This document shows positions 28,378 to 38,018 of a stretch of DNA of 64,000 nt, piece by piece; position 1 is the first letter of the stretch, and each line of letters starts with the position of its first letter. Below the pieces are notes generated by a model. That model had not been told where the DNA came from and did no database searches. It worked only from the letters and a program-made list of their open reading frames with translations. Source of the DNA: Ignavibacteria bacterium (GTDB lineage Bacteria > Bacteroidota > Ignavibacteria > Tepidaquicellales > OLB5); the NCBI GenBank assembly GCA_017303675.1, contig JAFLBX010000002.1, positions 957,642 to 1,021,641 of the forward strand. The letters run 5' to 3'. A program made the position numbers and the translations under genes.

Positions 28378-29097
28378 ATGAAAAAAACAGCATTTATTAC
28401 AGATATTCACTTCGGTGAAAAAGAAGTAAAAGATCTTGGCGTTAACCAGGTTAAGAACTGGAACAGGATACTGGAAGATATACGCAAAAGGGGTGATATG
28501 GATGAGATCATTTTTGGAGGTGATATTGGCAGCGCCGGTTCACATAAAATGTTTTTTGAATCCCTTAACAACACAGGAATAAATTTCAGATTTATCCTAG
28601 GTAACCATGATAATTTCAGGGAAGTATCAGCTAACTTTAAAATTAATTCTGAAAACACAGGCGAGCTGTATTATCATTTCGATGAAGGCGGATACCGGTT
28701 CATTTTTCTGGATACATCAACATCCGCTTTCAGCCGTGAACAATTCAATTGGTTAAAGGGCAAGCTTTCGGCTTCACACAGGCTTGTAATTTTTATTCAC
28801 CACCCAGTACTCCATGTGGATTCAGTTGTGAATAAGCTGTATTCACTGGGTGGACGTGATGAACTGAAAGAATTATTACATTCAGTTGTAAATGAGGTCA
28901 CTGTATTTTGCGGACATCTACACAATGAAGATAAAGCTGCTGAAGGGAATATCACTCAGTATTTGACACCATCGGCAGCATACCAGGCATTAAAACACAC
29001 CGAAGAAATTATTACAGATATTAATGAATTCGGTTACCGTATCATAGAATTTACTGACAAAATAAACACCGAAACTATCATATTTAAGCTTAGTTGA
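28378..29097 (+). CDS. calcineurin-like metallophosphoesterase
   Basis: ITDIHFG, GGDIG, GNHD, HHP and GHLH motifs. ATG 28378 (MKKTAFI) is preferred over 28339. Confidence 0.75.
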   Translation: MKKTAFITDIHFGEKEVKDLGVNQVKNWNRILEDIRKRGDMDEIIFGGDIGSAGSHKMFFESLNNTGINFRFILGNHDNFREVSANFKINSENTGELYYHFDEGGYRFIFLDTSTSAFSREQFNWLKGKLSASHRLVIFIHHPVLHVDSVVNKLYSLGGRDELKELLHSVVNEVTVFCGHLHNEDKAAEGNITQYLTPSAAYQALKHTEEIITDINEFGYRIIEFTDKINTETIIFKLS

Positions 29098-30149
29098 AAA
29101 ATTTATTTAAATATATAGTAATAAGCTTCCTGTTAATTATTTTTACAGGCTGCGCCAAAAAACAGGATGAACTTACCGATACTCATAACAGCAAACGTCT
29201 GCGCGATGCTGTTGTTGGCTATATGTCTGAGCCGATGTTCCGCAATAAAGATTTTGTTCAGCAGATAACGGGCACAGAAGCTGACCTTAAGCTGTATGAC
29301 CTGGATGAAAAAACGCTTTACTTTGTAATAAATAAAAGTGATTTTGACAGCAGCACTACTTTAAATAAGCTTACCATAGATAAAAATTCAGTTGATTTCG
29401 GGTTCGAGCAGAACGGTGATGTTTTTCTTGGAGCATATACATTAAAAGGCACAAACAGGCATTTGTTCAGAATACCTAAAAATGATTTTAAGCCTGATAG
29501 CTCCCGCAGTGTAACTGTAAAATTCAAAGACGGCATAGTTTATACTCAGTCAATTATAGAGCTGGCAGATTTTGCAGATGACTCAACCGTTTACGGCGGC
29601 AATACCGGGGTTGAAACCAGAAAAAATAAATACATGGCTAATCATGGTGCGTTTATTGCTGTTAATGGAGAGCCAAGCTTAAATAGATTTATTAAGCTGA
29701 TAGTAAATGAAAGTGATAATACCGAAACCAAAGCGCAAAAGCTGCTTGATTTTGTTACCAATGAAATAAATTTCAGCCAAACCGAGGCTCAAGGCGGATA
29801 TGAGATACTAAAGCGGCCCAATGAAGTACTTATGACGGGTGTATCAGACTGCAGCGGGCTGACAATACTTTACGCATCTTTGCTTGAACAGGCAGGAATA
29901 AACTACAGGCTGGTATATTTCCCGGGACATATTGCCGTAGCAGTTGAAGGTAACTTTCCGAACAGAAATAACCTGCAAATAAAGTATGAAGATGTAATTT
30001 ACAATATTGCTGAAGTAACTGTAAAAGGATTTACAATCGGCGAAACAGTTTTATTGAATAAGAATGTTACAGAGGAGATCACATACATTCAGAAACCGGG
30101 GAAAGATTCAAAAATAATAAATTACAAAACCGGTAAGCCTCTGGAGTAG
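29094..30149 (+). CDS. lipoprotein with C-terminal transglutaminase-like cysteine-protease core
   Basis: Lipobox FTGC. VSDCSGLTILYASLLEQAGINYRLVYFPGHIAVAV gives the Cys...His of a transglutaminase-like fold. TTG start overlaps the previous stop. Confidence 0.6.
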   Translation: MKNLFKYIVISFLLIIFTGCAKKQDELTDTHNSKRLRDAVVGYMSEPMFRNKDFVQQITGTEADLKLYDLDEKTLYFVINKSDFDSSTTLNKLTIDKNSVDFGFEQNGDVFLGAYTLKGTNRHLFRIPKNDFKPDSSRSVTVKFKDGIVYTQSIIELADFADDSTVYGGNTGVETRKNKYMANHGAFIAVNGEPSLNRFIKLIVNESDNTETKAQKLLDFVTNEINFSQTEAQGGYEILKRPNEVLMTGVSDCSGLTILYASLLEQAGINYRLVYFPGHIAVAVEGNFPNRNNLQIKYEDVIYNIAEVTVKGFTIGETVLLNKNVTEEITYIQKPGKDSKIINYKTGKPLE

Positions 30150-30218
30150 ATATAATAATAGTTAATAAATTAATTTTCTTAGTTCTAAAAACACACCCCG
30201 GGCTAAAGCCCTCCCCTC

Positions 30219-30575
30219 TCAAGAGGGGAATTCAATTTCCGCTTTAACTTTTTTCGGTAATTTTTCATAAACAAGCTCATAAGAGGTTTTGATAAGAGCT
30301 TTCAGCTCAGCAGGCTTAAGCCTGCAGTTTCTTTTTACAGCTATCCATTTGGCTTTGGCAAGATATGGAGCCGGCACTATTCCTTCTGTTTCAATTAGCT
30401 CCTCAAAAACTTCCGGTTCGGCTTTTACCGACATCAGATTTTCCGATGTGTTATCAAGTGCAGTAATAACAAATATCTTACCCCCTACTTTGAACAGCAG
30501 ATGATCTTTCCACTGCACTTCTTCTGTTGCGCCTCTGAAGCTCATACAATATTCCCGAAGCCAATCAGTATTCAT
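30219..30575 (-). CDS. MmcQ/YjbR-family DNA-binding protein
   Basis: LREYCMSFRGATEEVQWKDHLLFKVGGKIF...PAPYLAKAKWI pattern. Confidence 0.7.
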   Translation of the reverse strand: MNTDWLREYCMSFRGATEEVQWKDHLLFKVGGKIFVITALDNTSENLMSVKAEPEVFEELIETEGIVPAPYLAKAKWIAVKRNCRLKPAELKALIKTSYELVYEKLPKKVKAEIEFPS

Positions 30576-30643
30576 ATAAAACTGCTAAATGATAATTATT
30601 ACTTGAACATAGTTATTTGCTATTTGTTATTTGATATTTGTTA

Positions 30644-31168
30644 TTAATGCCCTTTTCCATTTGCATGGTTTGATTTATGTGTAAGGTAAATTGAAACAGC
30701 AATCAGCAGTATTCCGATACTCAGATAAAGCAGGTTAATCATTTCTGTGTAATGGAAATTTATAGCATACTTAAAGAAAGTTACTATCAGAACCATTATA
30801 ACAACTTTAGCAATTTTTTCTTTCAGTGCGTCAAGATCATGTATAACAAGTACCTTTGAAGATGTTTCGTCGTTTTCAGCAATATCAATTTTACTTATAA
30901 AGAGCTCATATAATCCAATGCCAAATATAAGGAACACAGTTCCTATAAGGTAATAATCAATTGCGCCAACAAGATGCGATACTGTATTTTTGCCAAATTC
31001 CTCATAAGCTTCCGGACTGCTGAACGCATGAGTGAATTCACCAAGAACACCTATAACTTCGATCGTACCCATTACAATCATAATTAACGCAGAAATAATT
31101 GCTGATAATACCGCGAAAAAGACCATATAACGGCTTTTCCAGAGTAATTTTTCTATAAACTGTATCAA
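30644..31168 (-). CDS. YqhA/UPF0114-family membrane protein
   Basis: About 170 aa with 4 TM helices and an IEKLLWKSRYMVFFAVL start typical of UPF0114. Confidence 0.55.
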   Translation of the reverse strand: MIQFIEKLLWKSRYMVFFAVLSAIISALIMIVMGTIEVIGVLGEFTHAFSSPEAYEEFGKNTVSHLVGAIDYYLIGTVFLIFGIGLYELFISKIDIAENDETSSKVLVIHDLDALKEKIAKVVIMVLIVTFFKYAINFHYTEMINLLYLSIGILLIAVSIYLTHKSNHANGKGH

Positions 31169-31390
31169 TTTTACACCTTCAATTTCTTAAAAAAACAGTG
31201 ATTTTAACATAATTAAGGCAAAGATAACGATTTTATTTAATTTATGAAATTTATTAGACCAAATATCTAAATTTTAGTAACTAAATCAGTTAGAATGTTT
31301 ATTTTTAACCTATTGCTTAAATAAAAATCTTTACATATTTTTACGGATTATTGAATAATATTATTAATATTTAACACTAAGAAAGAAAAA

Positions 31391-33556
31391 ATGAAGAAAC
31401 TATTAACAGTTTTCTTAGGGCTTATTATGTTCGCAGTAAGCTCCTATTCACAAACAGGTTTTAATTCAGTTCATTCAAAAGATGGCAGCTTTGTTATCGC
31501 AGCAGGCGATGGCGGCGCTATTTTCATCTCTTACGATGGAGGCGCAAATTTCGGTTCATACCCTAATGCAGGTGTAATAAATTTTAACGGAGTTCAGTCA
31601 CTTAACCAGAAAGTCTGGCTTGTTGGTGATGCCGGAGCTGTTCAGGTAAGTACTAACGGCGGCGCAACTTATACAAACTACGGTATAGGCGGCGGCGATC
31701 TGAATTCAGTTTACTTTGTAGATGAAAATACAGGTTACGCAGTTGGCGCAGGCGGAAGAGTTGTAAAATCAGTTAATGGCGGAGCAACATGGACACCACA
31801 GACAAGCGGAACAGCTAACAATCTTAATGGTGTTAAATTCACAACCGCTTCAAACGGATATGCCTGCGGAGATAACGGTACAGTTATATATACTTTAAAC
31901 GGAGGCTCAACATGGCAAAGCTACACAACAGGAACAACTAAAAATCTTCTTTCAATTGATGCAGTATCACCTACTGTTGTTGCAACAGCAGCAGACGGAT
32001 TGATAGCGGTTTACAATGGCTCAGTATGGTCGATAAAAGATTATAAAAGCGTTATTAAGCCTGATGTTAGAGGCGTTTCAATGATATCAGCTACTACATG
32101 GTTCACTTGCGGCGGCGGCGGATTTGTTAATTTTACCACTGATGCAGGAACAACCAGGACATACCAGGAAAACCCGATGCAGGGAAAGTTAAGTGATATA
32201 TTCTTTTTTAACTCTTCAAACGGATGGGCAGTAGCCAATGATAATAAAGCAATTTTAAGGACTTCAAACGGCGGTGCAAGCTGGCAGTTCCAGAGCGGTG
32301 TTACTGTTAGCAGGTCTTTTGTAAGAAAAGTAAACACAAGCGGAAATATCGGCAATCCTTTCTGCCTGCACCCGCAAAATAAAAATGGTGTATTCATTCT
32401 TTCCGGTACAGTATTAAGAAGAAGCCTTGACAGAGGCGAAACATGGACAACATTAAACGGTGCAGTTCCGGGCGGTTCATGCCACTCATTCTTTGTAAAC
32501 ACTGCTGATACAAACCTGATGATCGCTTCAATGGGTTCATCCGGCGGCAGGGTTATTGTAAGCACAGATTACGGCACAACGTGGCAAAATTCAATTAACC
32601 CTATCAACTTAACATCTTATGGTATGCCTATGGAAGTTGACCCTAACTCACCGAATACAGTTTACCTGGCTCCCGATAACGCCCCGTTAAGAGTATCAAC
32701 AAACTGGGGTTCAACCTGGACTCTCTTAAGCGGCGGAGAAGCCGGCGGCACATTCAGAAGTCCATGTGATGTTATTATTCAGTATGAAAATCCGAATGTA
32801 ATTTTAATAGGTGACGGCACAACAGGTTCAGGTTCAGGCAAAGTTTGGAAATCGACCAATACCGGGCTTAACTGGTCATTAATTAACACTGTAACAGGTT
32901 CAGAGATCCCGATGATGGCAAATACATCACTTGACCTCAATTTATTCTATCATTCAACCTGGTCATCAGGCAGTTTCTGGAAAAGCCAGAATATGGGTTC
33001 TGCATTTACAAATCTGAACCAGACAGGCGCTCTTTGGGCTACTGATGTTTCAAAAGATGACCCTACCGCAGTTACATTCAACACATACAGCGGAAGCACA
33101 ACATATTTTTCATTAACATCAGGTTCATCATTTACTACACTTTCAACAACAAGCTCACCTGCAGCAGGTGTAGTGTTTTTAGATAAATCGAACCTGCTTT
33201 ACCAGCAGGGCAGCGGTGTTGATAAAATGGTTATTACATATAATGTAACACCTGTTGTATCCAACGGTCAGATATCTTCTGAGGTACCGGCAGCATTCGG
33301 TTTATCACAGAACTATCCTAACCCGTTCAACCCAACAACACAGATAAAATATGATATAGCTAAAGCATCATATGTTTCTATCAAGGTTTTCGATGTTTTA
33401 GGAAACGAAGTTGCAGCAGTGTTTAACGGAAATCTGGCAGCAGGAAAATATTCCGCTGATTTCAATGCATCAAACCTGGCAACCGGTATTTACTTCTATT
33501 CATTATTGGTTGACGGACAGAAAATTGATACAAAGAAAATGATTCTTGTAAAATAA
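31391..33556 (+). CDS. BNR/Asp-box (Ycf48/sortilin-like) beta-propeller protein with T9SS C-terminal domain
   Basis: At least 9 S-x-[DN]-G-G-x-[TS]-[WFY] boxes (SYDGGANF, SVNGGATW, STDYGTTW...). C-terminal SQNYPNPFNPTTQIKY...GIYFYSL. Confidence 0.7.
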   Translation: MKKLLTVFLGLIMFAVSSYSQTGFNSVHSKDGSFVIAAGDGGAIFISYDGGANFGSYPNAGVINFNGVQSLNQKVWLVGDAGAVQVSTNGGATYTNYGIGGGDLNSVYFVDENTGYAVGAGGRVVKSVNGGATWTPQTSGTANNLNGVKFTTASNGYACGDNGTVIYTLNGGSTWQSYTTGTTKNLLSIDAVSPTVVATAADGLIAVYNGSVWSIKDYKSVIKPDVRGVSMISATTWFTCGGGGFVNFTTDAGTTRTYQENPMQGKLSDIFFFNSSNGWAVANDNKAILRTSNGGASWQFQSGVTVSRSFVRKVNTSGNIGNPFCLHPQNKNGVFILSGTVLRRSLDRGETWTTLNGAVPGGSCHSFFVNTADTNLMIASMGSSGGRVIVSTDYGTTWQNSINPINLTSYGMPMEVDPNSPNTVYLAPDNAPLRVSTNWGSTWTLLSGGEAGGTFRSPCDVIIQYENPNVILIGDGTTGSGSGKVWKSTNTGLNWSLINTVTGSEIPMMANTSLDLNLFYHSTWSSGSFWKSQNMGSAFTNLNQTGALWATDVSKDDPTAVTFNTYSGSTTYFSLTSGSSFTTLSTTSSPAAGVVFLDKSNLLYQQGSGVDKMVITYNVTPVVSNGQISSEVPAAFGLSQNYPNPFNPTTQIKYDIAKASYVSIKVFDVLGNEVAAVFNGNLAAGKYSADFNASNLATGIYFYSLLVDGQKIDTKKMILVK

Positions 33557-33577
33557 TATTAACATATATTTAGGTAC

Positions 33578-33617
33578 AAACCCCGTTTAAACAATTTAAA
33601 CGGGGTTTATTATTTTT
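33578..33617 (+). terminator. rho-independent terminator
   Basis: aaaccccgtttaaacaatttaaacggggttt followed by a T-rich run, 22 nt after the stop of 31391-33556. Confidence 0.75.
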
Positions 33618-33672
33618 CAAAATATGCGTAAATTAGTATAAATTCAGTATAATTCACATCAATAATATTACA

Positions 33673-34494
33673 ATGAAATTCAATTACAGAAAATTATTTT
33701 TACCTATAACAGCTTTATTTATTATTAGTATGTTTGCTTATTCTTTCAACTGGTTTCCTTGGGGATATACCGGAACTACCAGGAAAGACAATGTAAACCT
33801 GGGCTGCGTATGTCATGGTGATACCGCTACTTCATCAGTTACAGTACAAATTATTGGTCCGGATAGTGTACCGGCAGGACAAACTGCATTATTCAGGCTT
33901 AAGCTGTCTGGAGGTCCTGCAGTAAAAGGCGGATTAAATGTTGCTTCCCAATTCGGAAGGTTGGACACAGTTGGAGGAACAGGAACATTAATTGACACTG
34001 TTATATGGGAAATTACTCATTCTGAGCCTAAACTCTTCAGTTCGGATACTGTTTCATGGATTTTCAAATACAAAGCTCCATTAACTATTGGGGTTGATAC
34101 TCTATTTGGAACAGCAAATAGTGTAAATGATACATTAGGGTCAGAGGGCGATAACTGGAACTGGAGCCCTAATAAACAAGTAAGAGTTTACAATCCGATA
34201 GGAATAGTTAATATCAGCAGCATAGCAAAAGATTTTTCGCTTTCGCAGAACTATCCAAACCCGTTCAACCCTGTAACCCAGATAAACTTTACTGTTGCAA
34301 AAACCTCTGATGTTAAGATCAGGATATTTGATATTATCGGTAACGAAATTTCTGTTATAGTAAATCAGACTATGACACCGGGAGAATACAGGGTAGATTT
34401 CAACGGCTCACAGCTGGCAAGCGGCACTTATTTCTATTCTTTAAGCGCTGATGGCAAAACAGTATCAACAAAAAAGATGTTGATGATAAAATAA
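33673..34494 (+). CDS. secreted protein of unknown function with T9SS C-terminal domain
   Basis: N-terminal TM/signal, a GCVCHG motif, and a C-terminal SQNYPNPFNPVTQINF...GTYFYSL. Confidence 0.55.
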   Translation: MKFNYRKLFLPITALFIISMFAYSFNWFPWGYTGTTRKDNVNLGCVCHGDTATSSVTVQIIGPDSVPAGQTALFRLKLSGGPAVKGGLNVASQFGRLDTVGGTGTLIDTVIWEITHSEPKLFSSDTVSWIFKYKAPLTIGVDTLFGTANSVNDTLGSEGDNWNWSPNKQVRVYNPIGIVNISSIAKDFSLSQNYPNPFNPVTQINFTVAKTSDVKIRIFDIIGNEISVIVNQTMTPGEYRVDFNGSQLASGTYFYSLSADGKTVSTKKMLMIK

Positions 34495-34669
34495 TGGCTG
34501 CTGTTTTATAAGAAATCCCGCTCAGCGGGATTGAAGATCATCTAATGATTACTAAAAAATCACCAAACATCAATTGTTGTAAAAGTATTCACAAAATACC
34601 ATTATTACCTTATAAAATTATTAAGTTGTATTAGTTTATAGTATTTAGAAAATATTTAACAAAAACATA

Positions 34670-34698
34670 AGACCGGTTATCATTACCGGTCTTTTTTT
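34670..34698 (+). terminator. rho-independent terminator
   Basis: agaccggttatcattaccggtct followed by T7. Confidence 0.7.
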
Positions 34699-34711
34699 AT
34701 GGTTGCATAAT

Positions 34712-34726
34712 AAAAAAAAAAAAAAA
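34712..34726. repeat. A15 homopolymer tract
   Basis: 15 consecutive A residues counted, 96-110 nt upstream of the ATG at 34822. Confidence 0.9.
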
Positions 34727-34821
34727 CGATATTTTCGTAAACTTAATTAACCCTTTTAGGGAGGAGGTCAAATAATATAAAAAATTAAATTCACCTTTTA
34801 ATAACATAAACAAAAAATAAA

Positions 34822-35481
34822 ATGAAAAAATCACTTAGCTTTTTCATATTCTTAATTATTTTTTTGTCAACATCCTACTCAACTTCTCAAACTTGTTTAA
34901 CAATTACAATTTATCATCCCGGATGCACTACTAATGTAGGAGCTAACAAGGAAATTAGATTTACAAGATACTCTCCTTCATTTGATAGCTTTTCATTGTA
35001 TACTAATTCAAATGGAGAAATTTATTATTGTTTTGATCCCGACGATGTTACATACTTTGTAGAGTTTCCTGCACTAGATTGCAATGAAAGCTGCGAAATT
35101 TATTTTGTACCTAAAAATATAGGTAATTTCAAACTTGTTTACGGTTGTTATCCAAATTGCAGTTGTGATAATGACGATCAATCTAACTACAAATCAAATT
35201 ACCAGAATATTATAATTGATAAATTCGAGTTGTATCAGAATTATCCAAATCCTTTTAATCCTATTACGAAAATTTCATTTAATTTACCGAAAGATGATTA
35301 TGTTAGTTTATCAATTTATGATCTATCTGGTAAACTAGTTAAGAATGTTTACTCCGGATATATTTCTGCAGGTTTAAATGCTTTCGAATTTGATGCTGCG
35401 GATTACCCGAGTGGAATTTATATATATAGATTAACAACTACTTATTTCGATAAATCAAATAAAATGGTGTTAATTAAATAA
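34822..35481 (+). CDS. small Cys-rich secreted protein with T9SS C-terminal domain
   Basis: Signal peptide, 10 Cys in about 110 aa, and YQNYPNPFNPITKISF. The gene is markedly more AT-rich than its neighbours. Confidence 0.55.
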   Translation: MKKSLSFFIFLIIFLSTSYSTSQTCLTITIYHPGCTTNVGANKEIRFTRYSPSFDSFSLYTNSNGEIYYCFDPDDVTYFVEFPALDCNESCEIYFVPKNIGNFKLVYGCYPNCSCDNDDQSNYKSNYQNIIIDKFELYQNYPNPFNPITKISFNLPKDDYVSLSIYDLSGKLVKNVYSGYISAGLNAFEFDAADYPSGIYIYRLTTTYFDKSNKMVLIK

Positions 35482-35675
35482 TAATTTACAAATTAAGCAG
35501 AAGTAATTAATCATAATTGCTTCTGCAATTCTTTATTTAACTAAAAATTCTTTACTAAATCTTCCCACCTATTATAGTTAGTAAAATGAAAATGTTGACT
35601 ATTGCATATATAGAGAAATGCATTTATATTACGAAAATCAATTAACATTTTTTTATAATAACTAACCAATCACAG

Positions 35676-37706
35676 ATGAAAAAATTTACAAAACTTTCTG
35701 TTATTATGCTTACAGTTATTACTGTAATAATAATACAGGCGTTTGATTTCAGCTCTGATGATTCGGATAAAAATCCGAATATAGACAGAGCACCTCATTG
35801 GGTACACCAAATGAGCCAGGTCAAGCAGAATAATAATCCCTTGCCGCTTACCCCGATAATTACCCCGGATGGGTATGATAACTATTTCCTTGGAACAGAT
35901 TTTGCAGAATGTAATACCGCAGTAAATCCAAGAAATCCTTTATGGATATTTACTGCCTATAACACTAATGGAACACATTACACTACAAATGGTGGTTTGA
36001 ACTGGTTAGTGAATAACCCGGGTTTTGGTGGTTCTGTAGCAGGCGACCCTGTAGTAGTATATGACAGTTTGGGTAATTTATATTATGACAATATGAAAAA
36101 CCCCATAACAGGCACCTGGATGCAAAAATCAACAAACAATGGCGTAACCTGGATATTAGGAAGTGTTACAGCTAATATAGGTAATGATAAAAACTGGATA
36201 GCTGCTGATCAAACAGCAGGTCCATATGCTAATTTTGTTTATGGTTCTATGACAAACGGAAGTCAGGCATCATTCAGCAGAAGCACAAATGGAGGAGCTA
36301 GTTTTTCATTAATTGGAAATTTAACACCGCATGGCTTACCTGGCACAATGCCTTGCGTTGGTCCAAACGGCTCTATACAGGGTGGCAGCGTATATGTTGT
36401 AACTAATTCCGGTTCAGCTTTTACTCCAACTTACACATTTTTCCGTTCCACTAATGGAGGGGCTACTTTACCAACATTACAATCAAGTCAAAGCGGATGG
36501 GTTAATACAGTCGGTACTCAATCTGGCGGAAGAAATTCGGTTCAAAATATGAGAACAAGACCTTATCCTTTTATCGCTGCTGATAACAGTTATGGTCCAT
36601 TCAGAGGAAGATTATATTGTATTTATTCTGCAAATGATCCGCCGGGATCAGGGAATAAACCTGATGTTTGGTGCAGATATTCAACAGATTTTGGCGTGAC
36701 ATTCTCAAGTCCTGTCAGAATAAATGATGATGCAAATACCCAGAACAACCACCAGTGGCACTCCACAATTTGGTGTGAAAAAGAGACAGGCAGACTGTAT
36801 GCAAGCTGGATGGATACAAGAAATACTCCCACCAGTGACAGCGCTGAGATCTACGCATCATATTCCACTAACGGCGGTGTTACATGGGTAACGAACCAAA
36901 AGCTTTCAAACCAGAAAATGAAAATTGACTGCGCAACTTGCGGCGGCGGCGGTACACCAAGATACCAGGGCGATTATAATGGTATAGTTGCTACACCTCA
37001 GGGCTCAATTGCCACATGGGCAGATTTCAGAAATGGTTCATTCGGAAGTTATGGCGCTTACTTCCCTGATTATGCTGTAAAAACAACTCCCGTTGTAAGC
37101 ATTACAAATGGTACGAATGACAGCGGTTTTGCATTTATAAGTGTACCAAGTGTTAAATTATTCACAGGTACCACAACATTTACCGCTTCGGTAGTGAACC
37201 CACCTGGATCAGGCACAATAACATTAACATTTCTTAACAGAAGTACTCCAGCTGCTCAAAACACATTAACTACTTATCCTGATTCTTTAAGGCTGAGAGT
37301 TAGAACTACCGGCGGTGTTCCTTCAGCTTTATATACAATCAGAGTTATCAGCAATGGTCCAAACGGCACTCCGGTTCATGAAAGAACATTTACAGTAAAT
37401 GTTGGTGCAGTTGGTATTTCAAATAACAACACTGGCGTACCTGATAATTTTTATTTATACCAGAATTATCCGAACCCGTTTAACCCGACAACAAATATCA
37501 GGTTCGATATTTCAAAAGCTGGCAATGTTAAGCTTGCAGTTTACGATCTTGCAGGCAAACAGGTTGCTGAGCTTGTTAATTCAAGTTACAATGCCGGTTC
37601 ATATACATATGATTTCAATGCTGAAAACCTGGCTACCGGAGTTTATTTCTATAAGCTCGAAACGCCTGAGTATACAAGCATAAGAAAAATGATACTGGTA
37701 AAATAG
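35676..37706 (+). CDS. BNR/sialidase-fold protein with T9SS C-terminal domain
   Basis: Asp-box-like motifs (STNNGVTW, STNGGASF, STDFGVTF, STNGGVTW) and a C-terminal YQNYPNPFNPTTNIRF. Confidence 0.65.
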   Translation: MKKFTKLSVIMLTVITVIIIQAFDFSSDDSDKNPNIDRAPHWVHQMSQVKQNNNPLPLTPIITPDGYDNYFLGTDFAECNTAVNPRNPLWIFTAYNTNGTHYTTNGGLNWLVNNPGFGGSVAGDPVVVYDSLGNLYYDNMKNPITGTWMQKSTNNGVTWILGSVTANIGNDKNWIAADQTAGPYANFVYGSMTNGSQASFSRSTNGGASFSLIGNLTPHGLPGTMPCVGPNGSIQGGSVYVVTNSGSAFTPTYTFFRSTNGGATLPTLQSSQSGWVNTVGTQSGGRNSVQNMRTRPYPFIAADNSYGPFRGRLYCIYSANDPPGSGNKPDVWCRYSTDFGVTFSSPVRINDDANTQNNHQWHSTIWCEKETGRLYASWMDTRNTPTSDSAEIYASYSTNGGVTWVTNQKLSNQKMKIDCATCGGGGTPRYQGDYNGIVATPQGSIATWADFRNGSFGSYGAYFPDYAVKTTPVVSITNGTNDSGFAFISVPSVKLFTGTTTFTASVVNPPGSGTITLTFLNRSTPAAQNTLTTYPDSLRLRVRTTGGVPSALYTIRVISNGPNGTPVHERTFTVNVGAVGISNNNTGVPDNFYLYQNYPNPFNPTTNIRFDISKAGNVKLAVYDLAGKQVAELVNSSYNAGSYTYDFNAENLATGVYFYKLETPEYTSIRKMILVK

Positions 37707-37727
37707 TATTTAGAAATTCAGTTTCAC

Positions 37728-37760
37728 AAAAAGCCTGGTCAGCTTGACCGGGCTTTTTTA
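37728..37760 (+). terminator. rho-independent terminator
   Basis: aaaagcctggtcagcttgaccgggctttttt. Confidence 0.75.
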
Positions 37761-38018
37761 TTGTTGTTAAACGAATTGTAGTCGAGAATTTTAGTGCTCG
37801 TTAAAAATTGTACATGTAATTATTTTCGAACCCTGAAATCCGAAAAATTGGCTTTGACACGGATTCGACCTCAAACCACTCCAGGTCCCCCCTCAGAGGA
37901 GGGAGTAAATATTTGACCTTTAATATTTGTCAAAAAAGCGTCTTTTATTAAAAATCAATTATTATTATATTATTTAAATTATATCTCAAATAACTAACTA
38001 CAAATTAAACAACCACAA

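Noticed and set aside
32041-32565. 174-aa minus-strand ORF inside the BNR gene. Similar shadows occur at 5576-6016, 38213-38530, 41883-42329, 40296-40658 and 60790-61215
   Set aside because: All are antisense to ORFs with clear family motifs. None has recognisable motifs of its own.
33800-33830. c-type heme-binding site in the 273-aa T9SS protein
   Set aside because: The motif is C-V-C-H (CxCH), not the canonical CxxCH, so a cytochrome call is not supported.
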